From a virus (Duplodnaviria; Caudoviricetes): 64,000 nt of DNA. Shown in pieces: positions 1 through 9,127 of the stretch (its first letter is position 1; each line of letters begins with the position of its first letter). The notes below the pieces were generated by a model, which was not told the DNA's origin, did no database searches, and was given only the letters and a program-made list of their open reading frames with translations. The stretch spans positions 96,001-160,000 of the IMG/VR virus record IMGVR_UViG_3300045596_000094, one strand, 5' to 3'. The translations under genes were made by a program, and so were the position numbers.

Positions 1-12
1 GATGAGTTTGGT

Positions 13-1296
13 TTGGGTAAAACCATGCTAGACGATTCTAAAACATTAGCGGCATTGCGCTCTTTCAATCTGTTTGTTAACTCAATGGCTGCGACTAAGA
101 ACGCTATCACTAAACGTGTTTTAAACGTACAGCTCGACCCTGCTGAGAAGAACCCTCAAAAGGCATTAGAGGTTATCATGCACGAGTTTGCTCGTGGCAC
201 ACAACATGAATATCCTTTAACCAATAACCCAGTTGATCAGATTAACTATCTCCAAATGGCAGGGGTTCAACTACAGGTTCAAGATCATCCGCGTTTACCG
301 AATACGACAGTTGGTGTGGATTACATCGATAACATGTATAAACCTATCGATACTGCTTTTGACGATTACTTGAAGAAGATGCATACCATGTCTTTAGGGT
401 TATCGCCAGAGGTTGTGGATGGTGCTGGATCTGCGGATTTTGCAACACAAACGATCTACGCTAACGTCATGACTCAACGTCGTATCAAAATGATCTCTGA
501 GGCTTTCTCCAGAGCAATTACTGGTTTTGTTAAGTTATATACCTATAACTCTCAAATCCTCATGGACGAGCTTACAAACGTCGTTAAAGACACTGGTATG
601 AAGTTCAAAGATCAACTTGGTGAAATGATGAGTGATGAAGATGTTGCTGTGAAGTTCTTGGATAACTTGGAAGTAACATTACCGTTACCAGACACCACTT
701 CAGTGAAAGAGCAGAAAGAACAATACGACGAAATTGTAGATTTCTACGACAAGGCGATCGATCAGTTCTTCACTGAGGACTTCCTAACTCAAGAAGATCT
801 CGGAATCATTGGTGCGGACAATATCGATAAGACCAAAGCCTTTATTAAAGCGCACTTTGTTCGTAAGTGGATGCGTGAAAATGGTATCCGTACAGAGTTG
901 TTCGATCTCCTGATTCGTGATGAAGAAGGTAAACCGATGATCGATATTCTTCAAGAGAAAGAGAACTACATGGATATCATTGGTGATTCTATCTTGACTA
1001 TGTTCGCTCAACGTAAACGCCGAGTAAACAAATTGGATAAGAAAGCCGATAAGATCAATGAAAAGTTTCCAACTGAAGACGCCGGTATGGGTGATGATAA
1101 TTACGGTGGCGGGAACGACACCTATAATGACTACAGTTTCGATGGAGGCGATGGCGGGGATGAGATTCCTGAACCTGAACCAATAGAAGAAACTGTGGAA
1201 AACAACTCTGAAGAAACTAACGCCGAAAGCGAAACGACTGAAGAGACTTCGCCGGAAAAGACGGATGGTGAAGAATCTACCGATGGTGAAAAATAA
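13..1296 (+). CDS. Portal protein, C-terminal part (phiKZ gp129-like); probably truncated by the window edge
   Basis: Frame is open from the window start; helical protein with a long acidic tail; position relative to nvRNAP, MCP and DnaB matches phiKZ-like synteny. Confidence 0.65.
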   Translation: MGKTMLDDSKTLAALRSFNLFVNSMAATKNAITKRVLNVQLDPAEKNPQKALEVIMHEFARGTQHEYPLTNNPVDQINYLQMAGVQLQVQDHPRLPNTTVGVDYIDNMYKPIDTAFDDYLKKMHTMSLGLSPEVVDGAGSADFATQTIYANVMTQRRIKMISEAFSRAITGFVKLYTYNSQILMDELTNVVKDTGMKFKDQLGEMMSDEDVAVKFLDNLEVTLPLPDTTSVKEQKEQYDEIVDFYDKAIDQFFTEDFLTQEDLGIIGADNIDKTKAFIKAHFVRKWMRENGIRTELFDLLIRDEEGKPMIDILQEKENYMDIIGDSILTMFAQRKRRVNKLDKKADKINEKFPTEDAGMGDDNYGGGNDTYNDYSFDGGDGGDEIPEPEPIEETVENNSEETNAESETTEETSPEKTDGEESTDGEK

Positions 1297-1310
1297 AACA
1301 TAAGTCACAG

Positions 1311-1340
1311 ATTAGAGAGTCCCCTAGGGGACTCTCTAAT
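1311..1340. terminator. Perfect 30 bp palindrome with CCCTAGGG core; likely bidirectional terminator
   Basis: ATTAGAGAGTCCCCT/AGGGGACTCTCTAAT between convergent genes. Confidence 0.85.
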
Positions 1341-1347
1341 TATGCTG

Positions 1348-1911
1348 TCATTTTGAATTAAAAGCAATTCTTCGCATGGTGGTTAAAAGCACGAAACCCT
1401 TATCGGTACTCATATTCGCATTATGATCTATTGCTAAATTTAATAGTTCTGCAATATGTACAATGTTTCCATACACATTCATTTTGATGTTATCTTCAAA
1501 GATGATCTGGTAGCAGTCCTCATAGACCACTTCACATTGGTAAGGTGCTTTTGAAATACTCAGGATTGGCAATTTGCGAATGCGCCGGATATCGTAGCAA
1601 TCAAAATTGGAAGCACGTAGGGGCTGTCCTTTTAAATAATCCGGTAAGTTCTTTACGTGGTTCTTCGGTTGCTGATCGAATGGCAGTTCGATAGAGGTTA
1701 GATCAATCATTTCAGGATTGTCTAATTCCAAGGCTTCAATTAAGAGGGCTAGCTTAGCCTGGTGATGGTTAATGATGTCTTGTTCACGCTTAATATTGTA
1801 AATTAGTAAATCTTTGGTCACGACGGGTGTTCTCCAGTTATTCACATATTGATGGGGAAAATAAAAAATAAAACATAAAGCAATAGCGACTAGAGCCAAC
1901 GCTCTAGCCAC
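1348..1911 (-). CDS. Hypothetical protein with N-terminal membrane anchor or signal
   Basis: 187 aa ORF; hydrophobic N-terminus ALALVAIALCFIFYF. Confidence 0.7.
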   Translation of the reverse strand: MARALALVAIALCFIFYFPHQYVNNWRTPVVTKDLLIYNIKREQDIINHHQAKLALLIEALELDNPEMIDLTSIELPFDQQPKNHVKNLPDYLKGQPLRASNFDCYDIRRIRKLPILSISKAPYQCEVVYEDCYQIIFEDNIKMNVYGNIVHIAELLNLAIDHNANMSTDKGFVLLTTMRRIAFNSK

Positions 1912-1933
1912 TATTTAAATAAACTGTCATTGA

Positions 1934-2470
1934 TCACCCAATCGTATTGGATAAATCAGGAATCTTTCCAGTAAGCGTAAAGTCATGTATCATTGACACG
2001 AAACTTATATCGTTCAGATCTTCAAATCTTTCATCATCAATTGAGATTCTTACCGCTTCTCTATAACGCCGGTATATTTCGCCCAATCTACCCTGGGTCT
2101 CTTGGGTGTGCGCCTCACTAAATCGTATTGATCTGATCAAGTCGATTTTCATTGGATATCGATTATAGTTCGCCAGTTCCGAATCGAATACCTTCTGATC
2201 AACGATTAAAACAACATTGCCAGTGTGTCTTGTTCCAACCATTATCAAAGCGTTAAAACCCAACAACCTGAGTTCTTTGATTTGAAATACCATACCCACC
2301 TTTAGAGTCTTCGCCAGTTGAGCTCTGGGTAGGATACGTTTGATGAAGTTAAGTAATTCTTCCTTATTGTTTCCGAAAGACTTGGGACTGTGATGCAAGT
2401 CCAAATCGCTGAGGCTATAACTCTTAACTGCTAAAAGCAGATTCCCGATTTGTTGATTTTCGTGACGCAT
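1934..2470 (-). CDS. Hypothetical protein
   Basis: 178 aa ORF with GGGAG RBS. Confidence 0.75.
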   Translation of the reverse strand: MRHENQQIGNLLLAVKSYSLSDLDLHHSPKSFGNNKEELLNFIKRILPRAQLAKTLKVGMVFQIKELRLLGFNALIMVGTRHTGNVVLIVDQKVFDSELANYNRYPMKIDLIRSIRFSEAHTQETQGRLGEIYRRYREAVRISIDDERFEDLNDISFVSMIHDFTLTGKIPDLSNTIG

Positions 2471-2509
2471 GATCGACTCCCACCAATTAGCAGAAGTCGA
2501 TCCTTTCTA

Positions 2510-5221
2510 TTAGCCGCGAGCTAAGTAGATCGATTCGTCTTCAGTCAACACTGGTTTGAAGAATTCAATTAATTGATGATCTTCAGTAAGGATTGCGAAT
2601 TTGTAAACACCTTCCGCAATTCGTTTGCTGAGGATTCCTGAAAGAACTTCATACAATTTAGGAAGGGTGTCTTTTGTGATACGACCGTAATCACCTTTGA
2701 ATGATAAAGGATAGTCAGCGTAAGCCAATGGTAGTAGAGTTACGTTCGTTACGTCAGCAAAGATCGCACTGTTGTTACCTTCAGATAAACCAGTTTCGTC
2801 TTCAACATTAGCTAAACGACGCTTCAATGCTGCTGCCGTATAAGTGGCAAATACTACCTTAGCTGATTGTGCGTAGATCAGATATAACTTCTTAGTTACA
2901 TCTTCAAACCCTTCTTCATTCATTACAGTAGCGAGTTCTTCCAAGTCAAGCGTTGCTGAATCAACGGTGTATTCTGGACTGAAAGTAACAGCGATACCGC
3001 GGTTTACTTCTTTTGTCATTGCTTTTGCAATGCGGTGGATTTCTCGAGCTGGGAGGTTACATGCATCAAAGAAGTCTTCGATACGCTCAGCAATAGTTGT
3101 GGCGGTTTTAGCACGGATAATTGCTTGAGCTGACTCTAAAGTTTCATCCAGTAAGATATACTTGCCAGGATTGAATGCATTGAAGTTAATCGATGCATCG
3201 AGGTTGATGTGTTCGATATGTTCCCCGAGTGCCATTGTTAGTTCTGCTTGCGCACAAGCAGCCCATTCATCAACACCACTAGAGATAACAAGATTATCCA
3301 TGACATACATCGGACCATCTACTAACACTTCACTAATTTCTTCTTCCTTCTCAAGTTTATCTTTGATCACTTTAAGGAAGTGTTTTTCATTTTCCTGCAC
3401 TAAAGCTTTAGTCAAAACTTCAGCAGCATGTTTTGGATTGCCTGGACGACCATCCAACGCTACAGATGTAGCCCCTGCTAAAATTTCAGTTTCATGAATT
3501 GCGTAATCCACGTCAGATGTCTCCATGACGATGCGACCACCGCCTAATGATTTAAGTAGTACAGGGCGTTGACGTCCTGCGATGTAAACTGGGGCAATGC
3601 CGCCAACAAGTTCTTTAACACGATCTTCAAGAACCATGTTAGAAATATCAGTTCTTTCTTCTGGAGCCATTTCAGGCATCTTAGGAGTTGTCTTCATTGT
3701 AACACCACCATTGTCTGAGAATTTACGACCAGTGGCTAATTCCATTAAACTTAAACCAGCACAACCAGGGAACATATCTTCAAGATCCGCTTGTTCTTGC
3801 GCTGCTAAATTAGGATTAGCTTTCAATACTGCATCCGTATAATGAACAGCTGTGAAGCTATCTTCTACGTGATCGAATGGGTCGTTATGTAAGTTACTGC
3901 TCGCTGGTCCGTGAGATATTACACCTGCACGTGCTAAATCTTCACGATCTAAACCAGTTGTTGGATCTAAGTGTAACGAGTTAAGTTGGCTTTCTAAACG
4001 CATATCGCCAAATGTTTCACGGAACATTTCATCGGCAGCATTGTCTTCAGGATCACCACTATCGGGGATATAACGTGATGGAGCTGGTTCAGGCATGGGT
4101 GTATTCACGTATTGTGGTTTCTTAAACGTGATATCAACCTCACCCACTCCTTCAACTTCTTGCTTCATTGTACCGTAAAGTGGTACAGCACCCGCATATG
4201 GGTTAACATATTGTTGAGCTGTTGGATTAGCTGCTACTGGAGCCTCCATACGAGTCACAGTAGTTTTAGGCATTGGAGATCCACCACCGGCATTTACTTG
4301 CGGGTTTGCGGGCTGTTTATAGAACGGCGGTTGTTCTTGCTGTGTTGTTGTGGTGGTAGCTGTGCGATCTATTCCGTTTAGTTTATCAAGACGTAACTGC
4401 TCTTGATATTCTTCCCAGTTTAGTGCGCGCGGTGGTTCTTTACCTTCCTGAACACATTCCATCGCAATACGGCGAGCTTCTGCTTCTAACTCGTAAATAT
4501 CCGGTTCTGCTTTATTCCCATATTGAGAACTAGCTACCTGATTACCGTAAATGGGTTGGTCTTGCGCCTGAGGAGCATTGGTTGCTGGTTGTTTGTAAAA
4601 CCCACTCGCTGCAGTTGGCATACTTGGCTGACCGCCACCCAAAGAAGCACCAACTTGAGACTGACTAAATTGATTCGCCTGCCCATATACGTTTTGTTGC
4701 TGTGGTTGTCCTTGAACTTCTGACATCAGGCGCATCCAGTCGTTATAGCCCTGATCCATTTGTTGTAGGAACTGAGGATTGTGGTATGTGCGGAAAGAAG
4801 GGTTTCTTTGAGCAGCTTCACCAATCAAGAACCAATGTGCCAAAGCAACGACTTGCTGAAGACCATAATCGAGTGACCAACGACCCGCAGTAACCGCCTT
4901 CAATAGGAACACCGCACCAATCGAAGCTAGTGCAATTACATTCTGATTATTACCATTGTTTGTTAAAATGGTATTATTCGCAGTACGGACATAATCGCTT
5001 GAGGAGTTAAGCGAATTGGAAGCGTAAGTAACCAAGTTTTGAATAATTGTATTACGCAACATATCTACGGTTGGTAATTGTTGCTGATAGTGAGGTTGTT
5101 GGAAATGATTACCAGACTGGTTAATTGGCATGTTTGAATAACCACCAAACTGTTGTTGGTTTTGGTAATATCCATTATTTTGGAAGTTTTGTTGATACAT
5201 GATTATCTCCGATGGATTCAC
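2510..5221 (-). CDS. Large protein with Q/N/Y/G/P-rich low-complexity N-half and acidic C-half
   Basis: 903 aa; polyQ-like tracts; lies downstream of the nvRNAP gene. Confidence 0.8.
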   Translation of the reverse strand: MNPSEIIMYQQNFQNNGYYQNQQQFGGYSNMPINQSGNHFQQPHYQQQLPTVDMLRNTIIQNLVTYASNSLNSSSDYVRTANNTILTNNGNNQNVIALASIGAVFLLKAVTAGRWSLDYGLQQVVALAHWFLIGEAAQRNPSFRTYHNPQFLQQMDQGYNDWMRLMSEVQGQPQQQNVYGQANQFSQSQVGASLGGGQPSMPTAASGFYKQPATNAPQAQDQPIYGNQVASSQYGNKAEPDIYELEAEARRIAMECVQEGKEPPRALNWEEYQEQLRLDKLNGIDRTATTTTTQQEQPPFYKQPANPQVNAGGGSPMPKTTVTRMEAPVAANPTAQQYVNPYAGAVPLYGTMKQEVEGVGEVDITFKKPQYVNTPMPEPAPSRYIPDSGDPEDNAADEMFRETFGDMRLESQLNSLHLDPTTGLDREDLARAGVISHGPASSNLHNDPFDHVEDSFTAVHYTDAVLKANPNLAAQEQADLEDMFPGCAGLSLMELATGRKFSDNGGVTMKTTPKMPEMAPEERTDISNMVLEDRVKELVGGIAPVYIAGRQRPVLLKSLGGGRIVMETSDVDYAIHETEILAGATSVALDGRPGNPKHAAEVLTKALVQENEKHFLKVIKDKLEKEEEISEVLVDGPMYVMDNLVISSGVDEWAACAQAELTMALGEHIEHINLDASINFNAFNPGKYILLDETLESAQAIIRAKTATTIAERIEDFFDACNLPAREIHRIAKAMTKEVNRGIAVTFSPEYTVDSATLDLEELATVMNEEGFEDVTKKLYLIYAQSAKVVFATYTAAALKRRLANVEDETGLSEGNNSAIFADVTNVTLLPLAYADYPLSFKGDYGRITKDTLPKLYEVLSGILSKRIAEGVYKFAILTEDHQLIEFFKPVLTEDESIYLARG

Positions 5222-5242
5222 TACGATAGTGTAGATGTGAAA

Positions 5243-5992
5243 TTAAATGACATACTGGTTAGTAATGTACGCCGAAACAGATTCGATTGTACCGTCAGTA
5301 CCGCGTTGACGAAAAACGTTAAGTGCATTAGTTAACCCTTGTATGTTTTTCAGAAGAATGCTGTGTTTTTCAATACGGTAACGTTTGTTAGTGCCCTGGC
5401 TCTGAGTTTCGCCACCCATGAGATCATTAAGAAGCATGATTCCAGATTTTGGATGTTTTAAGATGATATCTGAAAGAATGGCGCTACCTTCTAAGTTAGA
5501 ACGACAAATGTCCAATAACGGTTCAACTGCATCGTGACGTAAACCGTTAATAACTAAGGTGTCAACATAGTTACCTAATACTAACGGTAACGTGAGTTCA
5601 TTCAATACCGAGACATTACTCAGGAGAATATTAGGGGTATGACAACTCCCTAAATCGGCGGCATCAATTACGACATCGTTTAATGTTAAACAACGTGCTG
5701 TGTTTGCACCAATCCCGAATAAAGCTTTCTCTTCAGCACGCAGTACAATATTGTTGAAAACAATACGGCGCGCTGATTGTGAAGCTGAAATACAACCTTT
5801 ACCTTTAAATGTAATACTTGAACCAGGAGCCCCATTAACCACCGTGGAACATACGGTTTTGAGTTGTTCTGTTAAAACAATATTACCGTCCAATGTGAAG
5901 TTGGCGTTTTCATTCAGCAGCCAACCGCCATGGACACCATGCTTGGCGACTTTCTTTAAATCGTCGATGTCTCGAACTACTATACTACTCAT
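5243..5992 (-). CDS. Putative right-handed beta-helix (pectin-lyase-like fold) protein
   Basis: Repeating short strand motifs (VFNNIVL, LTLNDVVI, LLSNVSV, ILSDIIL, LLKNIQ) and a typical N-terminal cap. Confidence 0.5.
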   Translation of the reverse strand: MSSIVVRDIDDLKKVAKHGVHGGWLLNENANFTLDGNIVLTEQLKTVCSTVVNGAPGSSITFKGKGCISASQSARRIVFNNIVLRAEEKALFGIGANTARCLTLNDVVIDAADLGSCHTPNILLSNVSVLNELTLPLVLGNYVDTLVINGLRHDAVEPLLDICRSNLEGSAILSDIILKHPKSGIMLLNDLMGGETQSQGTNKRYRIEKHSILLKNIQGLTNALNVFRQRGTDGTIESVSAYITNQYVI

Positions 5993-6004
5993 GAGGGGTA
6001 TACC

Positions 6005-7591
6005 TTATCGTTTAATTTTACGTTGAACTTCCTCGATGATCTCTTTGTGAGCTGGATCGAGAATAAATGTACCACTTGCATCTATACGTGCACAACCAGG
6101 TAGGCGAGAACGACCAGTAGGATCTTTACTTGGTAAGTTCATTGCTGCACCGTGAGTTAGAATAGACGCATCTGCCACCTTACTATCATCAAAGGACGCA
6201 CTGCCGTTTGTGTTGGATGTGGTTTCTGTTTGAAGTAGGGTGATCGAAGTGATTTTGTGTAATAAGCAATCCGATGCAGAACTCACGGATTTAACTTCGG
6301 AATGTCCAGAGTTAACACGGAGGATCTGATTGTATTTCAGATTACGCGTTAAGAATGTTTGTAGGTCTTTTGGTTTGACCTCACCCTTAGCGTTCATTTG
6401 CTTTTGGATAGCAAATAGAACATTTGATATACCGTTAATAATATCTTCATTAACATAGCGATTCACAACCAGTCGTTTTCCAATCAATGAGGAAATCGTA
6501 TCACTGGTATTCGCTACAGCTGTTGGGAAGATATCGATCAATAAGAAGAATAGATCGTATATCGTTTCGATTCCTGGGTAACCACCGTCGGCTAACCATT
6601 CTTGAACCAATCCATCAACATAACCATCCACGGATGAGATGTGTGTATTGATCTGATTTAAAATCTTACCATCAGAATCTCCTGGTTGGAAGATTAACTT
6701 ACCAAGTAGGATTCTCCAAAGGTTGGTTGAATTCAAATCGGCAATCGTAACACGATCAGGGAATATATCTGCCACGTAGAAGAATGTTGCTGCTAGTGTT
6801 TTAGCAACATGATTATATTGATGTCGAGGGATAAGTAAGGCTACATCCGAACGGGATACAAAAGCACTACGCGCACCAAATTTACGACCGGCGGAAGTGA
6901 CAGTTACCCATTTAGATACAGGATACTTTTCTGAACTGAGTTCAGAAATCGGTATAGCCTGTATATCTACACCAATGCGTTTGAATGTTTCCATCACACC
7001 GAATTTGGCGAATAAATAATGTCCCATTGTTGAGAACATGTTATTGCGTGATTTGACATTATAGACTTGAGACCAAACAACGTAAGTTGTCTCTCGATCA
7101 CCATCTACGTTGATACTGCCTGTGAACTTCTTGAACGTGAGCTTTGCTCGGTTCATGATAATAAAGATAGAATCCCCACGTACAGATAAAGCTACATCGG
7201 CAATCACTGGCGAGATTCCGAACTTAGCATTTTTAATTGTAGTGATGCCACCTTGTTCCACATAGAGCATGTACATGTTGTGGATTACATCGATACCATC
7301 TACTGAGAATCGATATGCCATCATGTAAACATTTGACTTGGCGACGTCATAAATGTTACGTGTACCGCCTCGGCGTGAGGCTTTTACAATGTTAAACTCT
7401 TCCAAAGGACTCAATCTTCTTGGCGGGGAATGGTATTGAATATTTGGTGGAAAGTTATGTGCGATTTGTCTAAATAGACGATCGATGTATTCTTCGTTAT
7501 TTGCCATCTGGCTAACCGCATAACCTTCTGCGATTTCTGGCGTAAACTTAGGCATCTGCTCATCTATTAGATCAAACAACGAATTATCCAT
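6005..7591 (-). CDS. Non-virion RNA polymerase beta subunit, N-terminal part (phiKZ gp123-like)
   Basis: 528 aa; size, sequence character and position two genes downstream of MCP; early-promoter motif upstream of the operon. Confidence 0.8.
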   Translation of the reverse strand: MDNSLFDLIDEQMPKFTPEIAEGYAVSQMANNEEYIDRLFRQIAHNFPPNIQYHSPPRRLSPLEEFNIVKASRRGGTRNIYDVAKSNVYMMAYRFSVDGIDVIHNMYMLYVEQGGITTIKNAKFGISPVIADVALSVRGDSIFIIMNRAKLTFKKFTGSINVDGDRETTYVVWSQVYNVKSRNNMFSTMGHYLFAKFGVMETFKRIGVDIQAIPISELSSEKYPVSKWVTVTSAGRKFGARSAFVSRSDVALLIPRHQYNHVAKTLAATFFYVADIFPDRVTIADLNSTNLWRILLGKLIFQPGDSDGKILNQINTHISSVDGYVDGLVQEWLADGGYPGIETIYDLFFLLIDIFPTAVANTSDTISSLIGKRLVVNRYVNEDIINGISNVLFAIQKQMNAKGEVKPKDLQTFLTRNLKYNQILRVNSGHSEVKSVSSASDCLLHKITSITLLQTETTSNTNGSASFDDSKVADASILTHGAAMNLPSKDPTGRSRLPGCARIDASGTFILDPAHKEIIEEVQRKIKR

Positions 7592-7600
7592 TTGCTGTTC

Positions 7601-8950
7601 CTAGGCAGTTTTGAGTTTATACAACGTGATTGCTGTTGTGGCAATCCCGATAACAGCCACTAGAAGTTTACCACCTAGCTCCATCATTCGTGCTCGGTGA
7701 CCTCTAATCTGTTCCTCCATCTTCGCTTTATGGGTGAACTCAGCTTCTTCTCTTGCTTTTCGGATCTTCTCCTCCTCAGCAATCGCTTTCTGTCTGTTCA
7801 TTTCCGTAATGCGAATCTGTTCTTGATGTTTGGCTTCAGTCATCTCCTTATCTTTCAAGAACTGGTCTTCATTTTTTCGCTTCTCATTTTCTATACGCGC
7901 TTGCTCTAAGATCTGATCATTTCTGGTCTTTTCTAGATTTAATGCCTGAGTCGCTTCAGCCAGTTTTGTTTTGGTATGTTCTGTTTCCAATTTACTTTTC
8001 TGGATTTCCAATTCAACAGCCTTATCCGGATTACCGTATGTCTTAGCTGCTGCTGCGGAATCAAATAAATGTAACGGACAACTCGGATCACCAAACGCAT
8101 AATGGTCACAACTAATGTCTTTCACTTTACCACCACGAGCTAGAGCGCGCTTACGAATAAAGATACCAGTTGGCTCATTTGGATTATGGCAGTTAGGAAT
8201 TCGAGTCACATCACCACCGATATTGATGAAGATATTATTACTATCCATTCCATTCACATAGATCTGATGTGTGATGGCTTGTTGTATTGTGATATCTAAA
8301 CCTAAAGCTATTAAAGTTTCCACAGAAGTATTTGGATGAATTACTAACGGTAGGTCGTAATCTTCAGCAACCTGGATAGTCATGAGTACCATGTCAGAAT
8401 GTGGATCATAAATAGCACCCCCCAATTCATTAATTACTTCGTTGAAATCACCGATTAAGAATTGGTGGATTTGATTGCTTTGTTGTTTCTGTGTATCACT
8501 CGACCTTGGGTTTTCGTAATAATATTTAGAAATGTCGCTGTCCTGTAACGAAGGTACTTGTTGGTAACGTTTATAAGCACGTGTAGCCGTATTGCCGTGC
8601 TGCACTGCTTTGCTACTCACCACTTCTATTAGAACACCGCGATGAGGTAAGTGCCCATCGTATTCTGGTGGGCATGGTGGTATTACATGAACACGGTTGT
8701 ACTTATCGAGACATACTAATGGTTCTTCCGTGTAATTAATCACATTCACCTGATTTCCAGCACTGCCAGGTACTTGCGAGGTTGCCAGTATATGCCCAAC
8801 TGTTCTGAGACTATAGGTCTCTAAAAGAAGACCATCTGTTCCACCATACGCCTTTACCCCAGAAAGATGATTTCCTGGAATAAAAGAAGCTTTGGTTTTT
8901 GTGACAAAGTCCTGTTCCGAGATACGCTCAGGAACTCGATATTTAGCCAT
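7601..8950 (-). CDS. Coiled-coil protein with C-terminal transmembrane helix (phiKZ gp122-like)
   Basis: E/K-rich heptad region followed by LLVAVIGIATTAITLY; synteny. Confidence 0.7.
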   Translation of the reverse strand: MAKYRVPERISEQDFVTKTKASFIPGNHLSGVKAYGGTDGLLLETYSLRTVGHILATSQVPGSAGNQVNVINYTEEPLVCLDKYNRVHVIPPCPPEYDGHLPHRGVLIEVVSSKAVQHGNTATRAYKRYQQVPSLQDSDISKYYYENPRSSDTQKQQSNQIHQFLIGDFNEVINELGGAIYDPHSDMVLMTIQVAEDYDLPLVIHPNTSVETLIALGLDITIQQAITHQIYVNGMDSNNIFINIGGDVTRIPNCHNPNEPTGIFIRKRALARGGKVKDISCDHYAFGDPSCPLHLFDSAAAAKTYGNPDKAVELEIQKSKLETEHTKTKLAEATQALNLEKTRNDQILEQARIENEKRKNEDQFLKDKEMTEAKHQEQIRITEMNRQKAIAEEEKIRKAREEAEFTHKAKMEEQIRGHRARMMELGGKLLVAVIGIATTAITLYKLKTA

Positions 8951-9000
8951 AGAGTTTCTCCATAATTCTTATTACGATAAAGATTATTTCTTTATCAGTA

Positions 9001-9040
9001 TTCAAGATAATAATGTATATTTGAAAATGCTTTAATTGGA
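9001..9040 (-). promoter_or_regulatory. Putative early (virion RNAP) promoter
   Basis: Minus strand AATTAAAGCATTTTCAAATATACATTATTATCTTGAA; motif recurs 6 times; resembles the phiKZ early consensus TATATTAC. Confidence 0.7.
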
Positions 9041-9052
9041 ATAATTCTACGG

Positions 9053-9106
9053 CAAAATAAAATGACGGCATAAATAAAGAAGACGAGCCAAACGGCCCGC
9101 CTTCTT
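9053..9106 (-). terminator. Terminator of the major capsid gene
   Basis: Minus-strand hairpin AAGAAGGCGGGCC-GTTT-GGCTCGTCTTCTT followed by a U-rich tail and TTATGCCGTCATTTT. Confidence 0.8.
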
Positions 9107-9127
9107 AGAGTTATGTTAAGTAATAAC

